Assembly: GCA_002352545.1 (NCBI GenBank) | Contig: DEIO01000009.1 | Location: 46,831 to 110,830 of the forward strand | Direction: 5' to 3' | Length of the DNA: 64,000 nt | From: Patescibacteria group bacterium UBA2772 | GTDB lineage: Bacteria > Patescibacteriota > Minisyncoccia > Moranbacterales > DUUL01 | Shown here: positions 38,013 through 47,988 of the stretch, in pieces | Numbering within the stretch: the stretch's first letter is position 1 | Layout: each line of letters starts with the position of its first letter | Program-made: the position numbers and the translations under genes | The notes under the pieces: model-generated | What the model saw: only the letters and a program-made list of their open reading frames with translations | Told to the model about the DNA's origin: nothing | Databases searched by the model: none

Positions 38013-39206
38013 CTAAGTATCTTTAGTAAAAAATATAGCCCTTTTCTCACCCTTTATGATTCCTTTTTTATTACCAGGGAAATCATGAATAGCATTCATT
38101 AAAATTTTAAAATCATAATGATAATATTTTCCATTTCTAGTTCCTGGATCATTTGTAATAAATCCACTTTCATCAAATCCAACAATAACAAGGTTATGGT
38201 ATAACGGACCTAGTCCAGAAAAATTTGGGTTACCCAACACTCTTCCTGCAGTTGGAACAATAACAGGTCCACCTTTTGTTAAGTTTTCCAAAATTTTATC
38301 TTTAGTAACATTCTCTATAATTCGAAAATTTTTCATTTTATAATATTCATCAGCTATTTTAGACAATTCATTCATGTCACTATCCATGTAGTGTCCATTT
38401 TTCAATAACTGGTAATCTTTTAACTTTTGAATTTCATTTTCCGCAATTTTAGGAGATAGCTTTTTTTTATCAAAATAAAATTTAACCATTATAAGACTCA
38501 TTTCTTCACAAGCCTCTTCATGTAAATTATCCCAGTTGGCAAAGGGAGCTTGGGAAGAAAAAGGTACTTCTAGAAGTAATTTAGTAGGTATCGTTATATT
38601 TTCATCAACTTTTAAACTACAATCACATTCCTCTTCATCGCCCTCTTTTATATCATCGTCACCTTTAATTTCCTCAATAAGCTGAATTTTAGGAATATCA
38701 TTTATTTGGTTTTGTTGATCCAACTCTCTCAAAGCAATCTCCATCATATTTGTCAATAAGAAAAAAATCGCTAGCAAATTTAATAGAATTGAAATAAGCA
38801 AATACTTTCGCCTCTTGGTAAAAAAAGAGAATGCAATTAATTGGAGAAATAAAAGTGCTCCTAGAGAATCCACTAAAACATCTTCGATGTTTCCATTTCT
38901 ACCAACAATAAATGTCTGATGAAATTCATCGCTAAGTGCATAAAAAATAGTTAAAACAAAAGCAGAAAGAAAGATTTTGACATGAAGAATACCACACCCT
39001 CTACTTAATAAAATTAACATCAATACCGCTAAAATACCAAACTCGGTTATATGAGCAAATTTTCTAATCAAATACTCATCCGCTCCACCGACACCAACTG
39101 ATAAACTACTTTCACTGGAAAAATAAAAGATAACACCCATCCAAACAATAACTGGGAGCCAATGTTTAAAACAAAACCATTTCTTAGTTTTTTTTCTTTT
39201 TTTCAT
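38013..39206 (-). CDS. VanZ-family membrane domain fused to a C39-like peptidase domain
   Basis: VanZ: WMGVIFYFSS, IRKFAHITEFGIL, YALSDEFHQTFIVGR...DVLVD; peptidase: VPFSSQAP..WD...ACEE, YHNLVIVGFD, NDPGT; start at ATG 39206 behind GAGGAGG. Confidence 0.8.
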   Translation of the reverse strand: MKKRKKTKKWFCFKHWLPVIVWMGVIFYFSSESSLSVGVGGADEYLIRKFAHITEFGILAVLMLILLSRGCGILHVKIFLSAFVLTIFYALSDEFHQTFIVGRNGNIEDVLVDSLGALLFLQLIAFSFFTKRRKYLLISILLNLLAIFFLLTNMMEIALRELDQQNQINDIPKIQLIEEIKGDDDIKEGDEEECDCSLKVDENITIPTKLLLEVPFSSQAPFANWDNLHEEACEEMSLIMVKFYFDKKKLSPKIAENEIQKLKDYQLLKNGHYMDSDMNELSKIADEYYKMKNFRIIENVTKDKILENLTKGGPVIVPTAGRVLGNPNFSGLGPLYHNLVIVGFDESGFITNDPGTRNGKYYHYDFKILMNAIHDFPGNKKGIIKGEKRAIFFTKDT

Positions 39207-39213
39207 AACAATA

Positions 39214-39333
39214 TTAAACCTCCTCTTGCTCATCTATGATATCTTTCAAAACCCTATGAAAAGCATGAATTGGCAACCAAAACCAAAGCATTTTTTCAAT
39301 AAAAAACTCAAAAAAAACATGAATCCTTACCAT
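39214..39333 (-). CDS. Putative 39-aa small membrane protein (absent from the ORF track)
   Basis: MVRIHVFFEFFIEKMLWFWLPIHAFHRVLKDIIDEQEEV fills the gap between the HAD and VanZ genes with short spacers. Confidence 0.45.
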   Translation of the reverse strand: MVRIHVFFEFFIEKMLWFWLPIHAFHRVLKDIIDEQEEV

Positions 39334-39350
39334 TTCGGAAATTTAAAATA

Positions 39351-40049
39351 TTAACTATTTTTCTGTTTCATCTCATAAACAACATCCTTTTTTTCAACGA
39401 CAACCTGCCAACCATTTTTTTCAGCAATCTTCCTAAGGTTCATATTCGGATTAAAGGCAATTGGATTTTCGACTAATTCAAGAAATTTTGCATCTGACTC
39501 AGTATCACCTATCCCAAAAGAATCTCTCAAATTAATTCCATGCTCAGCTATAAATTGTTTTACTACAGCACCTTTGTTAATAGTTGGCTCAAAGACTGGT
39601 TCCCCTGTATATTTATCATTTTCATCTAAACCATAGACACTACCATAATAAGCATCAAACTTAAATATTTCAGCATATTCTTTAACAATTTCTGAAGGTG
39701 AGCCAGATATAATCAACATTACATGGTCTTTTCTCATTTGCTCAATCATCTTCTTGGCAAAAATATAAATTCTTTTAGCATGAAAAGTTGCAACATTTCT
39801 AGAAGCTTCTTCAATATCCTCTTTTTTGCAACCCTTTATGTGTTGCTCATATAGCATAACAAGTTTATTCCTATAAGACTCATATGTTCCTTCATTATTA
39901 AGCCAATGCCCATAATATTCTTGTAATTCATCCTTAACCTCTTTTTGGAAGACTCCTGTATAGACAAGCTCATTTATAAGCTCAAAATGCAAATTTTTTC
40001 TAAAAATTGTACCGTCAATATCAAAAATTGCTAACTTTCTTTTTTTCAT
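39351..40049 (-). CDS. HAD-IB family hydrolase (SerB-like)
   Basis: FDIDGT, ISGS and GDTESD...NP motifs. Confidence 0.9.
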   Translation of the reverse strand: MKKRKLAIFDIDGTIFRKNLHFELINELVYTGVFQKEVKDELQEYYGHWLNNEGTYESYRNKLVMLYEQHIKGCKKEDIEEASRNVATFHAKRIYIFAKKMIEQMRKDHVMLIISGSPSEIVKEYAEIFKFDAYYGSVYGLDENDKYTGEPVFEPTINKGAVVKQFIAEHGINLRDSFGIGDTESDAKFLELVENPIAFNPNMNLRKIAEKNGWQVVVEKKDVVYEMKQKNS

Positions 40050-40058
40050 CTGTATAAT

Positions 40059-40547
40059 TTATTTTTTATTAATTGTGTACATTGCAATACCATAAGAAAC
40101 AGAAACATTCATAGATTCTTTTCCTCCTAGCATTGGAATTTGCACAATCAAATCAGCATATTTTAAAATATTTTCAGATAAACCAGATATTTCATTGCCT
40201 AAAATCAAGGCAAAGGGTTTCTTTGGAATAAATTCATTTAAATCAACACTATCTTTTGTCAATTCTAGAGCAATTATTGTAAATCCTGCCTTTTTTAGAG
40301 TTTTCAAAATTTTATACGTATGCCAATTAGCATTCCAGGAAACCATATTTTCAGCCCCTAATGCCGTTTTTTTAATTGCTCTATTATCTCCTGGATTCGG
40401 AGTATAGCCACCTAAAAAAATCTTATCGACACCGAGTGCGTCAGAAGTTCTAAAAATTGAACCGATATTATAACAACTTCTAATATTGTGAAGAACAACA
40501 CACGAATTAATCCCTTTAAAATCTTCCTGAAACCCTTTTTCTTTCAT
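40059..40547 (-). CDS. SpoU/TrmH-family RNA methyltransferase
   Basis: NIGSIFRTSDA, LGNEISGL and IPMLGGKESMNVSVS. Confidence 0.92.
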   Translation of the reverse strand: MKEKGFQEDFKGINSCVVLHNIRSCYNIGSIFRTSDALGVDKIFLGGYTPNPGDNRAIKKTALGAENMVSWNANWHTYKILKTLKKAGFTIIALELTKDSVDLNEFIPKKPFALILGNEISGLSENILKYADLIVQIPMLGGKESMNVSVSYGIAMYTINKK

Positions 40548-40552
40548 CTAAA

Positions 40553-40822
40553 TTATTTCTTTGTTATCTTCCTTGGCCGTCCTCTTTTTTTAACTACAGG
40601 CTTTTTTCCAACAGGATTCTTGTTAAAAGTTCCATTTAATATAGCCTCATCATCTACCGTATTCATTTTAATATAGATTGCAACTAAAAGCATGACTGTT
40701 GCAACCTGAAGCCATTGAGCTGATGCAAGAAAAATATCCTCAATCTGCCAACCATAAACAGAAACCAAAATTGCTATCGCTGCAAAAGTAAAAAATCCAT
40801 CTGCAAGAATTTTATGATACAT
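40553..40822 (-). CDS. Small two-TM protein with a C-terminal AT-hook-like motif
   Basis: Two hydrophobic segments followed by KKRGRPRK. Confidence 0.6.
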   Translation of the reverse strand: MYHKILADGFFTFAAIAILVSVYGWQIEDIFLASAQWLQVATVMLLVAIYIKMNTVDDEAILNGTFNKNPVGKKPVVKKRGRPRKITKK

Positions 40823-40864
40823 ATAACACCTCCATTCTATTTTTTTGTTTTTTAGCTAACCTAA

Positions 40865-42610
40865 TTATCTCTTTTTTTTAGTCTTTTGTCCACAAAGCAT
40901 AAATGATTTATTTTTATTGAACCAATCAGTAATAGAAGCTCTTAGTAAAACCCTAGTAATTACAATCGCAGTAAACATTGAAACAAGTACTCCAATTATA
41001 AGAGTGATGGCAAATCCTTTAATAAAACCACTCCCGAACATAATTAGAATAATCGAAGTTAATATAGTAGAAACATTGCCATCTCTAATAGAAGTCCAGG
41101 CTCTCTTAAAACCTTCATCCAAAGCAGCTCTTAGATCTCTACCCCTTCTAATCTCTTCTTTCATTCTTTCAAAAATCAAAATATTTGCATCAACAGCCAT
41201 ACCAACCGAAAGAATAAATCCAGCAATTCCTGAAAGTGTTAATGTTACACCATAAGGAGAAAGAGATGACAATTTATATACAGAAACTATTGTAGCTGTA
41301 TATATAGCCAATGCCAAAACAGCTATAAAACCCGCAAAACGATAGAAAAGTATCATAAAAATACCCACAAATGCCAATCCCCACAAACCAGCTTTTAAAC
41401 TTTTTTCAAGTGAAACTTGCCCGAGAGACGCTTCTACACTTTGCTGACTAATTAAATTTATAGGGACAGGTAATGCACCTGCATTTAGACTCCTTGAAAG
41501 TTCTTTGGCTTCAATCAATTTGAAACTACCACTAATAACAGCTTCTCCATCACGAATCACATCATTAACAACAGGAGAACTAATCATAGAGTCATCTAAA
41601 AAAATTGCTATTCTCTTTCCCTTATTTTCTTCTGTTAACTCTTTAAATAGTTGTTTACCTTCATCATCAAACTGCAATATAACTATGGGCTGGCCAAGTT
41701 GTTGATCAAAAGAAACTTGTGATTTCTTTAGTTGTTTACCAGAAAGACCAGTTTGCTCAAACTTAGGTTGTTGTAGGATCAGTTTTTCTATGTTTTCCCT
41801 GTAATCATCAAGATCTTGTGCTGAATATAAAACATGCTTAATCTCAACCTCCTTCTCATCTCCCTCGCCTCTTTGTCTAAGTTTCTTAATAACATGATAC
41901 CCAAACTCTGTTTTTATGGTTTCAGGAAAAATTGAATTTTCAGCAAAGTCATCCTTAAAAATTATCTCTTCGAACGCAGGCACCATTACACCTTTTTTCA
42001 CAAAATCAAGATTTTCTAATTTTCCAATAGAAGGATCTTCTGGAATATCAACACCCAAAGAATCAAAGTCTTCTCCATTTAAAGCTTTCTGTAATGTTTC
42101 TTTTGCATTCTTTTCTGCTTCTTGATTACTCTTTGCTAATTCTTTTATTTGATTATCTACCATAGCAGTTTCCTCTTCTGTCAATTCAGATCTTCCAACC
42201 TCTTTTTTAAACTCCAGAATAGGAGTTTCCTTAATCAAATTCTTAGCCTCTTCAACATTACTAATTCCAGCCAACTCAACAATTAAACGATAACTACTTC
42301 CGATCTTAGAAGGCTGAATATTTGGTTCAGCAACACCATAGGCATCAACACGCCTTTCTATAACATCCTGCACACCTCTTAGTGATTCCATTTCTTCACC
42401 TTTTTCGATATCCTTCATATCAGCTTCGTAAACAAGATGAACTCCACCTTGTAAATCAAGCCCCATATTTATCTCTAATGTCCCAATAGCCTTATCTAAC
42501 CACCCAATACCTGTTTGTTTTGGACTTGCTATTACTCCAACAATTACAGCAAAAAAAACAACCAGTAACGGCTTAAACCAACCACTCTTGCTAAATTTTC
42601 TTATTTTCAT
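40865..42610 (-). CDS. secD: Protein translocase subunit SecD with an inserted parvulin-type PPIase domain
   Basis: MGLDLQGG, RRVDAYGVAEP, LNAGALPVP, GMAVDANILIFER, IRDGN; insert with MVPAFE and TEFGYHVIK. Confidence 0.95.
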   Translation of the reverse strand: MKIRKFSKSGWFKPLLVVFFAVIVGVIASPKQTGIGWLDKAIGTLEINMGLDLQGGVHLVYEADMKDIEKGEEMESLRGVQDVIERRVDAYGVAEPNIQPSKIGSSYRLIVELAGISNVEEAKNLIKETPILEFKKEVGRSELTEEETAMVDNQIKELAKSNQEAEKNAKETLQKALNGEDFDSLGVDIPEDPSIGKLENLDFVKKGVMVPAFEEIIFKDDFAENSIFPETIKTEFGYHVIKKLRQRGEGDEKEVEIKHVLYSAQDLDDYRENIEKLILQQPKFEQTGLSGKQLKKSQVSFDQQLGQPIVILQFDDEGKQLFKELTEENKGKRIAIFLDDSMISSPVVNDVIRDGEAVISGSFKLIEAKELSRSLNAGALPVPINLISQQSVEASLGQVSLEKSLKAGLWGLAFVGIFMILFYRFAGFIAVLALAIYTATIVSVYKLSSLSPYGVTLTLSGIAGFILSVGMAVDANILIFERMKEEIRRGRDLRAALDEGFKRAWTSIRDGNVSTILTSIILIMFGSGFIKGFAITLIIGVLVSMFTAIVITRVLLRASITDWFNKNKSFMLCGQKTKKKR

Positions 42611-42810
42611 ACTTTTAGTTAAACCCTTTTTATAATACCGCTTATTTTAAAATACTAAATAAAACAAATGTTTTTATTTATCTATATTATAACTTTTATA
42701 GTACATTAAACATAGAAAAAATCAACTTTTCAATATCACAAAACAAAAAAGCAACCAGGGTATTAAAACCCTTGGTTACTTAAATTTATCTCAAAAATTC
42801 TCTATTTATT

Positions 42811-43137
42811 CTATTTCTTTTCTTCTGCGACTTTTTCTATTCCTTTCTCCACAGCTTCTTCCTCTTTTTCTTCAAGCTTGATTGTAAGCTTTCTTTTGTC
42901 AGCCTTAATAACTTCTTCTCTAACAAAAAGGTTGTGAACTGAATCACTACAAGCAACACCTTCTCCTAGCCAATACTTAATCCTATCAGTCTTTAATACT
43001 GCCTCTTTTTTGTGAGGATCATAATTTCCTAATTGCTCAATAAACTTACCTTGTACAGGATATGATTTTTCAGCAAGAACAATTTTATATTGAGCATGAC
43101 CTTTTTTACCAACTCTTGAAAATCTAATGATAATCAT
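42811..43137 (-). CDS. rpsP: 30S ribosomal protein S16
   Basis: IRFSRVGKKG...GKFIEQLGNYDP...YWLGEG. Confidence 0.95.
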   Translation of the reverse strand: MIIIRFSRVGKKGHAQYKIVLAEKSYPVQGKFIEQLGNYDPHKKEAVLKTDRIKYWLGEGVACSDSVHNLFVREEVIKADKRKLTIKLEEKEEEAVEKGIEKVAEEKK

Positions 43138-43255
43138 AATATCAATTCAATAAATAATTAATTATATACAAACACTAAAATTTGAATTCAACAAAAAACA
43201 AACTTTACGTATCTTACCTAAAAAAAACACTTTTGTCAACAAATTATTCTTTCTA

Positions 43256-43828
43256 TTATTTAATAATCTTATCAACAATCCCGTATTTTTTAGCTTCATC
43301 AGCAGACATAAAATAATCTCTTTCTGCATCTCTCTCAATATCAATAATTTTCTGACCAGTGTGCTTAGCTAAAATGTTATTTAGCTTATCTTTAATTTTC
43401 AATATATGTTTAGCGTGAATATCAATGTCCGTAGCCTGACCTTCGACACCTCCCATAACCTGATGAATCATAATTTCACTATTAGGTAAAGAAAATCTCT
43501 TCCCTTTCTTACCAGCACACAAAAGCACAGCAGCAGCACTTGCCGCAGAACCAACGCAGATGGTCGATACATCACTTCTTATAAAATTCATTGTATCGTA
43601 TATAGCCAACGCAGCTGACACACTTCCTCCTGGCGAATTAATATAAAGTTTTACATCTGAACCTCCATCCTGTGAATCCAAAAACAATAGTTGAGCAATA
43701 ATTGCATTCGCAACTTGATCATCAACTGGAGTTCCTAAAAAAATAATTCTTTCTTTTAAGAGTCTCGAATAGATATCATAAGCCCTCTCTCCGAATTGTG
43801 ACTTCTCAATAACAGTAGGTATAAGCAT
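43256..43828 (-). CDS. clpP: ATP-dependent Clp protease proteolytic subunit
   Basis: [30 protein letters not shown] and IMIHQ. Confidence 0.98.
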   Translation of the reverse strand: MLIPTVIEKSQFGERAYDIYSRLLKERIIFLGTPVDDQVANAIIAQLLFLDSQDGGSDVKLYINSPGGSVSAALAIYDTMNFIRSDVSTICVGSAASAAAVLLCAGKKGKRFSLPNSEIMIHQVMGGVEGQATDIDIHAKHILKIKDKLNNILAKHTGQKIIDIERDAERDYFMSADEAKKYGIVDKIIK

Positions 43829-43835
43829 AACTAAC

Positions 43836-45158
43836 TTATTTTAATTCCATTAAAAATTCAAACACCATTTCATTAGCCAAGCTTCCCTTTGTAGCCTCAT
43901 AAAGTCTATGAGTATCAATCTTTTCATCAGAGTTACCAAGTGTTTGATAGTATTCAAGAGTCTGATTAACTTTTTCTTCAATTTTCTTAGTATTTGGAGT
44001 GATTTTTTCTTGTTTTGCAAGTTCCTGCAGAATAAGTGCTGCTTTTACTCTTTTTGGAGCAGCATCTTTTTTCCAACCAGCCTTTACCTTTTCTTCTGTA
44101 GTTTTTACTTGCTCAAAGTAATTTTCTTTTTTAATTCCCATTCTAGAAATATCAGCCTCTAGCTCACCCATCATTACATCCATTTCTCTTTCTAATAGAA
44201 CTTCTGGAAGTTCCACTTTCATTGTCTCGATAATAGCTTCTATGGCTTCCTTTTTATGTTCATCTGATTTTCTTCGTTTCTTTTCTTGTAAGATTCCTTC
44301 TTTGATATTATCTTTAAGCTCTTTTAAACTTTTGAACTTCCCAACACTTTTAGCAAATTCATCATCAAGCTTAGCGATTTGCTTCTCTTGAACTAAATTA
44401 ACATTAACATTGAACTCGGCATCTTTTCCAGCTAGATGCTTGGCATGATAATCTTTTGGAAATGGTATCTTGAATTCTTTGTTTTCACCAGCCTTAAGAC
44501 CAATTAACTCTTCTTCAAAACCAGGAATAAACTTACCTTCCCCAATAACCATTACATGTTTTTTGGCAGAACCATTTTCAATAGCAACCCCTTCTTGAAA
44601 TACATCAAAATCAATTTCAACTTGATCTCCTTTCTTAATAGCTCTATTTACTGTAATGATATTAGCCCTTTGAGACGCAAGATATTCAACTTCATGATCA
44701 ATTTCTTTTGCTTCTACTGTAGTCTCTTCCTTAGAAAATTTCTTATTAATCTTTACAACATCCTTATTCCAATCACCAAGCTTGATCTCTGGTAAAACAC
44801 CTACAGTTGCAGTGAATTCAAAATCATTACCTTTTGCAATTTTCAAAATTTCAACTTTTGGCTCTCCAATAGCATCAATTTTATTATCTAAAATTGCATC
44901 CACATAACTCTCACGAATGGCCTCCTGGGCTGCTTCATAGAGAAGTTTTTCAACACCAATAGTTTTTTCAACCATATTGACAGGCACCTTTCCATTCCTA
45001 AAACCATCCACCTTCATTTCTGAGGCTAGTGATTTTGCTGATGAATTAATATATTTTTGAAAACTTTTATTTGGCACAGTAATTAAAAGCTTAACTTCTG
45101 ATCCTTTAAGTTTTTCAACAACAATTTTGTTAGTAGTTTTCTCTTTTTTATTCATCAC
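43836..45158 (-). CDS. tig: Trigger factor
   Basis: DGFRNGKVP; FKBP domain [11 protein letters not shown]...[13 protein letters not shown]. Confidence 0.96.
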   Translation of the reverse strand: MMNKKEKTTNKIVVEKLKGSEVKLLITVPNKSFQKYINSSAKSLASEMKVDGFRNGKVPVNMVEKTIGVEKLLYEAAQEAIRESYVDAILDNKIDAIGEPKVEILKIAKGNDFEFTATVGVLPEIKLGDWNKDVVKINKKFSKEETTVEAKEIDHEVEYLASQRANIITVNRAIKKGDQVEIDFDVFQEGVAIENGSAKKHVMVIGEGKFIPGFEEELIGLKAGENKEFKIPFPKDYHAKHLAGKDAEFNVNVNLVQEKQIAKLDDEFAKSVGKFKSLKELKDNIKEGILQEKKRRKSDEHKKEAIEAIIETMKVELPEVLLEREMDVMMGELEADISRMGIKKENYFEQVKTTEEKVKAGWKKDAAPKRVKAALILQELAKQEKITPNTKKIEEKVNQTLEYYQTLGNSDEKIDTHRLYEATKGSLANEMVFEFLMELK

Positions 45159-45182
45159 AATTTCTTATCAATTTAAATATTC

Positions 45183-46106
45183 TTATTTATTAAGAGTTTT
45201 TTCAAAAACAGGAATGATTTCCTTTTTTCTTGAAACAATATTGTCTACAAATAGAATCTGATCCCTATTCTCAGCATCAAACATTTTAATAAACAATTTC
45301 TCCTCTTCCTCACTTGAACAAATAGTATAACTTTCTTTTTTAAAAATGTCTATAACCGAGAAAAATACGCCTTTCAGCTTATCGGTCTTCTTAATCTTGG
45401 CAAGAACTTTTAAAATTTCTGCCTTCCTCTCCAAACCAAACTCCTTGTTAGTAGTTTCCATAACACCAATCCCATATCCTTCACCACCAAAATCAAATAC
45501 TTTATAATCAAGCTTTACCAATTCTTCAGTAGTAAGCTCACTAACATTACTTTTAGCATCAAACATTTGTATGCTGAATTCTTCTAGATCCTCAATTCCG
45601 ACTATCTTATTTAATTCCATTGCCAACTCTTTATCTTTTTCTGTTGTAGTAGGTGATCTGAAATATAATGTATCCGAAATAATTCCAGCCAACATAAGTC
45701 CTGCTATTTCCCTGGAAATATGGAATCCTTTTGCAAAATACTTCTTTGCAACAATTGAACAAGATGAACCAAGCGGTTCAACATGAATCTTTATAGGTTT
45801 ATCCGTTTGAATCTTAACCTTGTGGTGATCAATGATCTCAACAATTTCCAAATCATCCAAATTATCTATGCTCTGGCTATCTTCATTGTGATCAACTAAG
45901 ATAATCTCTGAATTTTGTGGTAGCTCCTGAACTTGATCTGGTGCACTAATTCCAAAATAATCTAATACAAATTTAGTCTCGTTATTCAACTCACCCAAAG
46001 TAAAGGCTTTGCTCTCAACATTTTTCAACTTCAAAAACTCGTGATATCCAATAGCGCTACAAACTGTATCCGTATCAGGATTTTTGTGTCCAAGTATATG
46101 TTTCAT
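45183..46106 (-). CDS. ppaC: Manganese-dependent inorganic pyrophosphatase (family II, DHH)
   Basis: GHKNPDTD, LVDHNE, IIDHH, ISDT and VSRKK. Confidence 0.95.
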   Translation of the reverse strand: MKHILGHKNPDTDTVCSAIGYHEFLKLKNVESKAFTLGELNNETKFVLDYFGISAPDQVQELPQNSEIILVDHNEDSQSIDNLDDLEIVEIIDHHKVKIQTDKPIKIHVEPLGSSCSIVAKKYFAKGFHISREIAGLMLAGIISDTLYFRSPTTTEKDKELAMELNKIVGIEDLEEFSIQMFDAKSNVSELTTEELVKLDYKVFDFGGEGYGIGVMETTNKEFGLERKAEILKVLAKIKKTDKLKGVFFSVIDIFKKESYTICSSEEEEKLFIKMFDAENRDQILFVDNIVSRKKEIIPVFEKTLNK

Positions 46107-46125
46107 TTTGTTTGATAATTACGTC

Positions 46126-47490
46126 TTACTTTTCCTCCTGTTTTACTTCCTTTTCCTCCACAACTTCATCCTTGATGATTTCATCCTTCACTTCTTCAGT
46201 TATTTTTTCATCTTTTTTATCAGTATCAACTTCAACTGAACCTTCTTCACCTTTCTCTTGAGAGCTAGCTCTTCCCTCAACAACCTCCACATCAATTTTC
46301 CAACCAGTCAACTTAGCTGCTAGTCTAACATTCTGACCTCTTTTTCCAATAGCCAATGAAAGTTGATCCTGTGCTACATATGCAATTGCATTTTTCTCTT
46401 CGCTCTCCTCCTCTGATTCTTTGTTCTCTTGTATATCAACCTTAACTACTTTAGCTGGAGATAAAGCACTTGCAATCATCTCTTCTGGGCTCTCATTCCA
46501 TTCAATGATATCTATCTTTTCACCATAAATTTCATCAATAACTGCCTGGACTCTAGTTCCTTTTTGACCAACACAAGAACCAATAGGATCGATTCCTTCT
46601 TCATTTGAAATAACAGCAATTTTAGAACGTCCACCAGCTTCCCTGGCTATTGCCTTTATTTCAACCGTCCCTGCAAAAATCTCTGGGACCTCTAACTCAA
46701 ATAATTTTTTCAATAATTCAGGATGTCTTCTAGAAAGAGTAATTCCAGGACCCTTTGGGTCTGACTCAACTCTACTCAAATAAACTTTTATTCTTTGTCC
46801 GATTCTATATCTCTCTCCTGGGATTTGTTCTGAAGAAAATAATACACCTACAGCCTTTCCAAGATCGATAAACACCTTATTCATTTCCACTCTCTGGACA
46901 GTTCCATTAACCACCTCCCCTTCTTTTTCCTTATATTCCTCAAACATTGAGTCTCTTTCTGCTTCACGAATTCTCTGAATAATAACTTGCTTTGCTGTTT
47001 GTGAAGCTACTCTCCCGTACTGATCTTTTGTTTCAAGAGGAATCTCAATAAAATCACCTACAGCAATCGAATTATCAATTCTTACCGCGTCTTCCAAAAG
47101 AACATCTCTTTCTGAATTAAACCTTGGTAAAGATTCTGACTCCTCAATCACTTCTTGAACCTTAACACCGTCTATGATCTCCTCACTTTTTTTAGCCTCT
47201 TCACTAATCTCGTGCACATTATCACCAAGATATTCTCTCTCTACAACACGAACAGATTCATCAACAACTTCTCTTAGTTGTTTGAAGCTTACTTCACCGG
47301 TTTCTTCACTTAACTGTGCTAAAATAATCTGCCCTTTGTGACCATAATCTTTTTTATAAGCAGCAGCTAATGCAGCCTCAACTGACTCAATCACTTTCTT
47401 TTTTTCAATCCCCTTTTCTTCACAAATTTGTGCAATTGCGCTACCAAATTGTCCTAGAGCAGAAGAATCTTTTATCAATTTTGATCCCAT
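46126..47490 (-). CDS. nusA: Transcription termination/antitermination factor NusA
   Basis: AKQVIIQRIREAER, LFELEVPEI, AREAGGRSK and LAIGKRGQNVRLA. Confidence 0.98.
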   Translation of the reverse strand: MGSKLIKDSSALGQFGSAIAQICEEKGIEKKKVIESVEAALAAAYKKDYGHKGQIILAQLSEETGEVSFKQLREVVDESVRVVEREYLGDNVHEISEEAKKSEEIIDGVKVQEVIEESESLPRFNSERDVLLEDAVRIDNSIAVGDFIEIPLETKDQYGRVASQTAKQVIIQRIREAERDSMFEEYKEKEGEVVNGTVQRVEMNKVFIDLGKAVGVLFSSEQIPGERYRIGQRIKVYLSRVESDPKGPGITLSRRHPELLKKLFELEVPEIFAGTVEIKAIAREAGGRSKIAVISNEEGIDPIGSCVGQKGTRVQAVIDEIYGEKIDIIEWNESPEEMIASALSPAKVVKVDIQENKESEEESEEKNAIAYVAQDQLSLAIGKRGQNVRLAAKLTGWKIDVEVVEGRASSQEKGEEGSVEVDTDKKDEKITEEVKDEIIKDEVVEEKEVKQEEK

Positions 47491-47545
47491 TTCGTTTAAA
47501 TTTAACTATTTATTAAGTTATACGTTTCTCAAAAAAGTTTCTTTT

Positions 47546-47639
47546 AAAAAATAAATTCCTGTCAATTCATGACCGGAATTCTCAAATACCCTCTCTCAAT
47601 TTACACCATTAGTATACAAAATCAGCATTCTATTGTCAA
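47546..47639 (-). promoter_or_regulatory. nusA promoter and leader terminator hairpin
   Basis: TTGACA (47639-47634), 17 nt, TATACT (47616-47611); leader hairpin AAUUCCGGUCA-UGAAU-UGACAGGAAUU followed by UAUUUUU. Confidence 0.7.
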
Positions 47640-47820
47640 TCATTCTCTACCTTTTAAGCATCAATTATAACATTAGCTAAATTAGATTTTCTCCATTATA
47701 GTTATAAAGACAAGTCTATCTTGTTGTAACCTATCAAACTATAAAGAAACTTTCTTGAATAGTCATCTTTTGTTTTGACATAATTTCAAATACACTAAAA
47801 ACTTAGTTATTGAACTTTTT

Positions 47821-47970
47821 ATTTTTATTTTTCAACATGCCCATACTTTTGTCTTCAATAAACATCTCTCACTTAATCTTCCGATCATGTTTTTATGTAA
47901 ATTCTTTAGAACTATTAAGTACATAGATATATTCATTCTTTTTTACTAATTTCCGAATTACTTTTTCTAT
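47821..47970 (-). pseudogene. Decayed paralog of the AbrB-like gene at 166-330
   Basis: IEKVIRKLVKKNEYIYVLNSSKEFT*KHDRKIK*EMFIEDKSMGMLK aligns without gaps to the intact copy; ATA in place of the start codon and two in-frame stops. Confidence 0.75.
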
Positions 47971-47988
47971 TATTTTAATTTCTACTTT

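Noticed and set aside
47680-47781. Possible toxin-gene remnant downstream of the AbrB pseudogene (MSKQKMTIQESFFIV-stop)
   Set aside because: Too short and degenerate to assign, and no counterpart follows the intact copy
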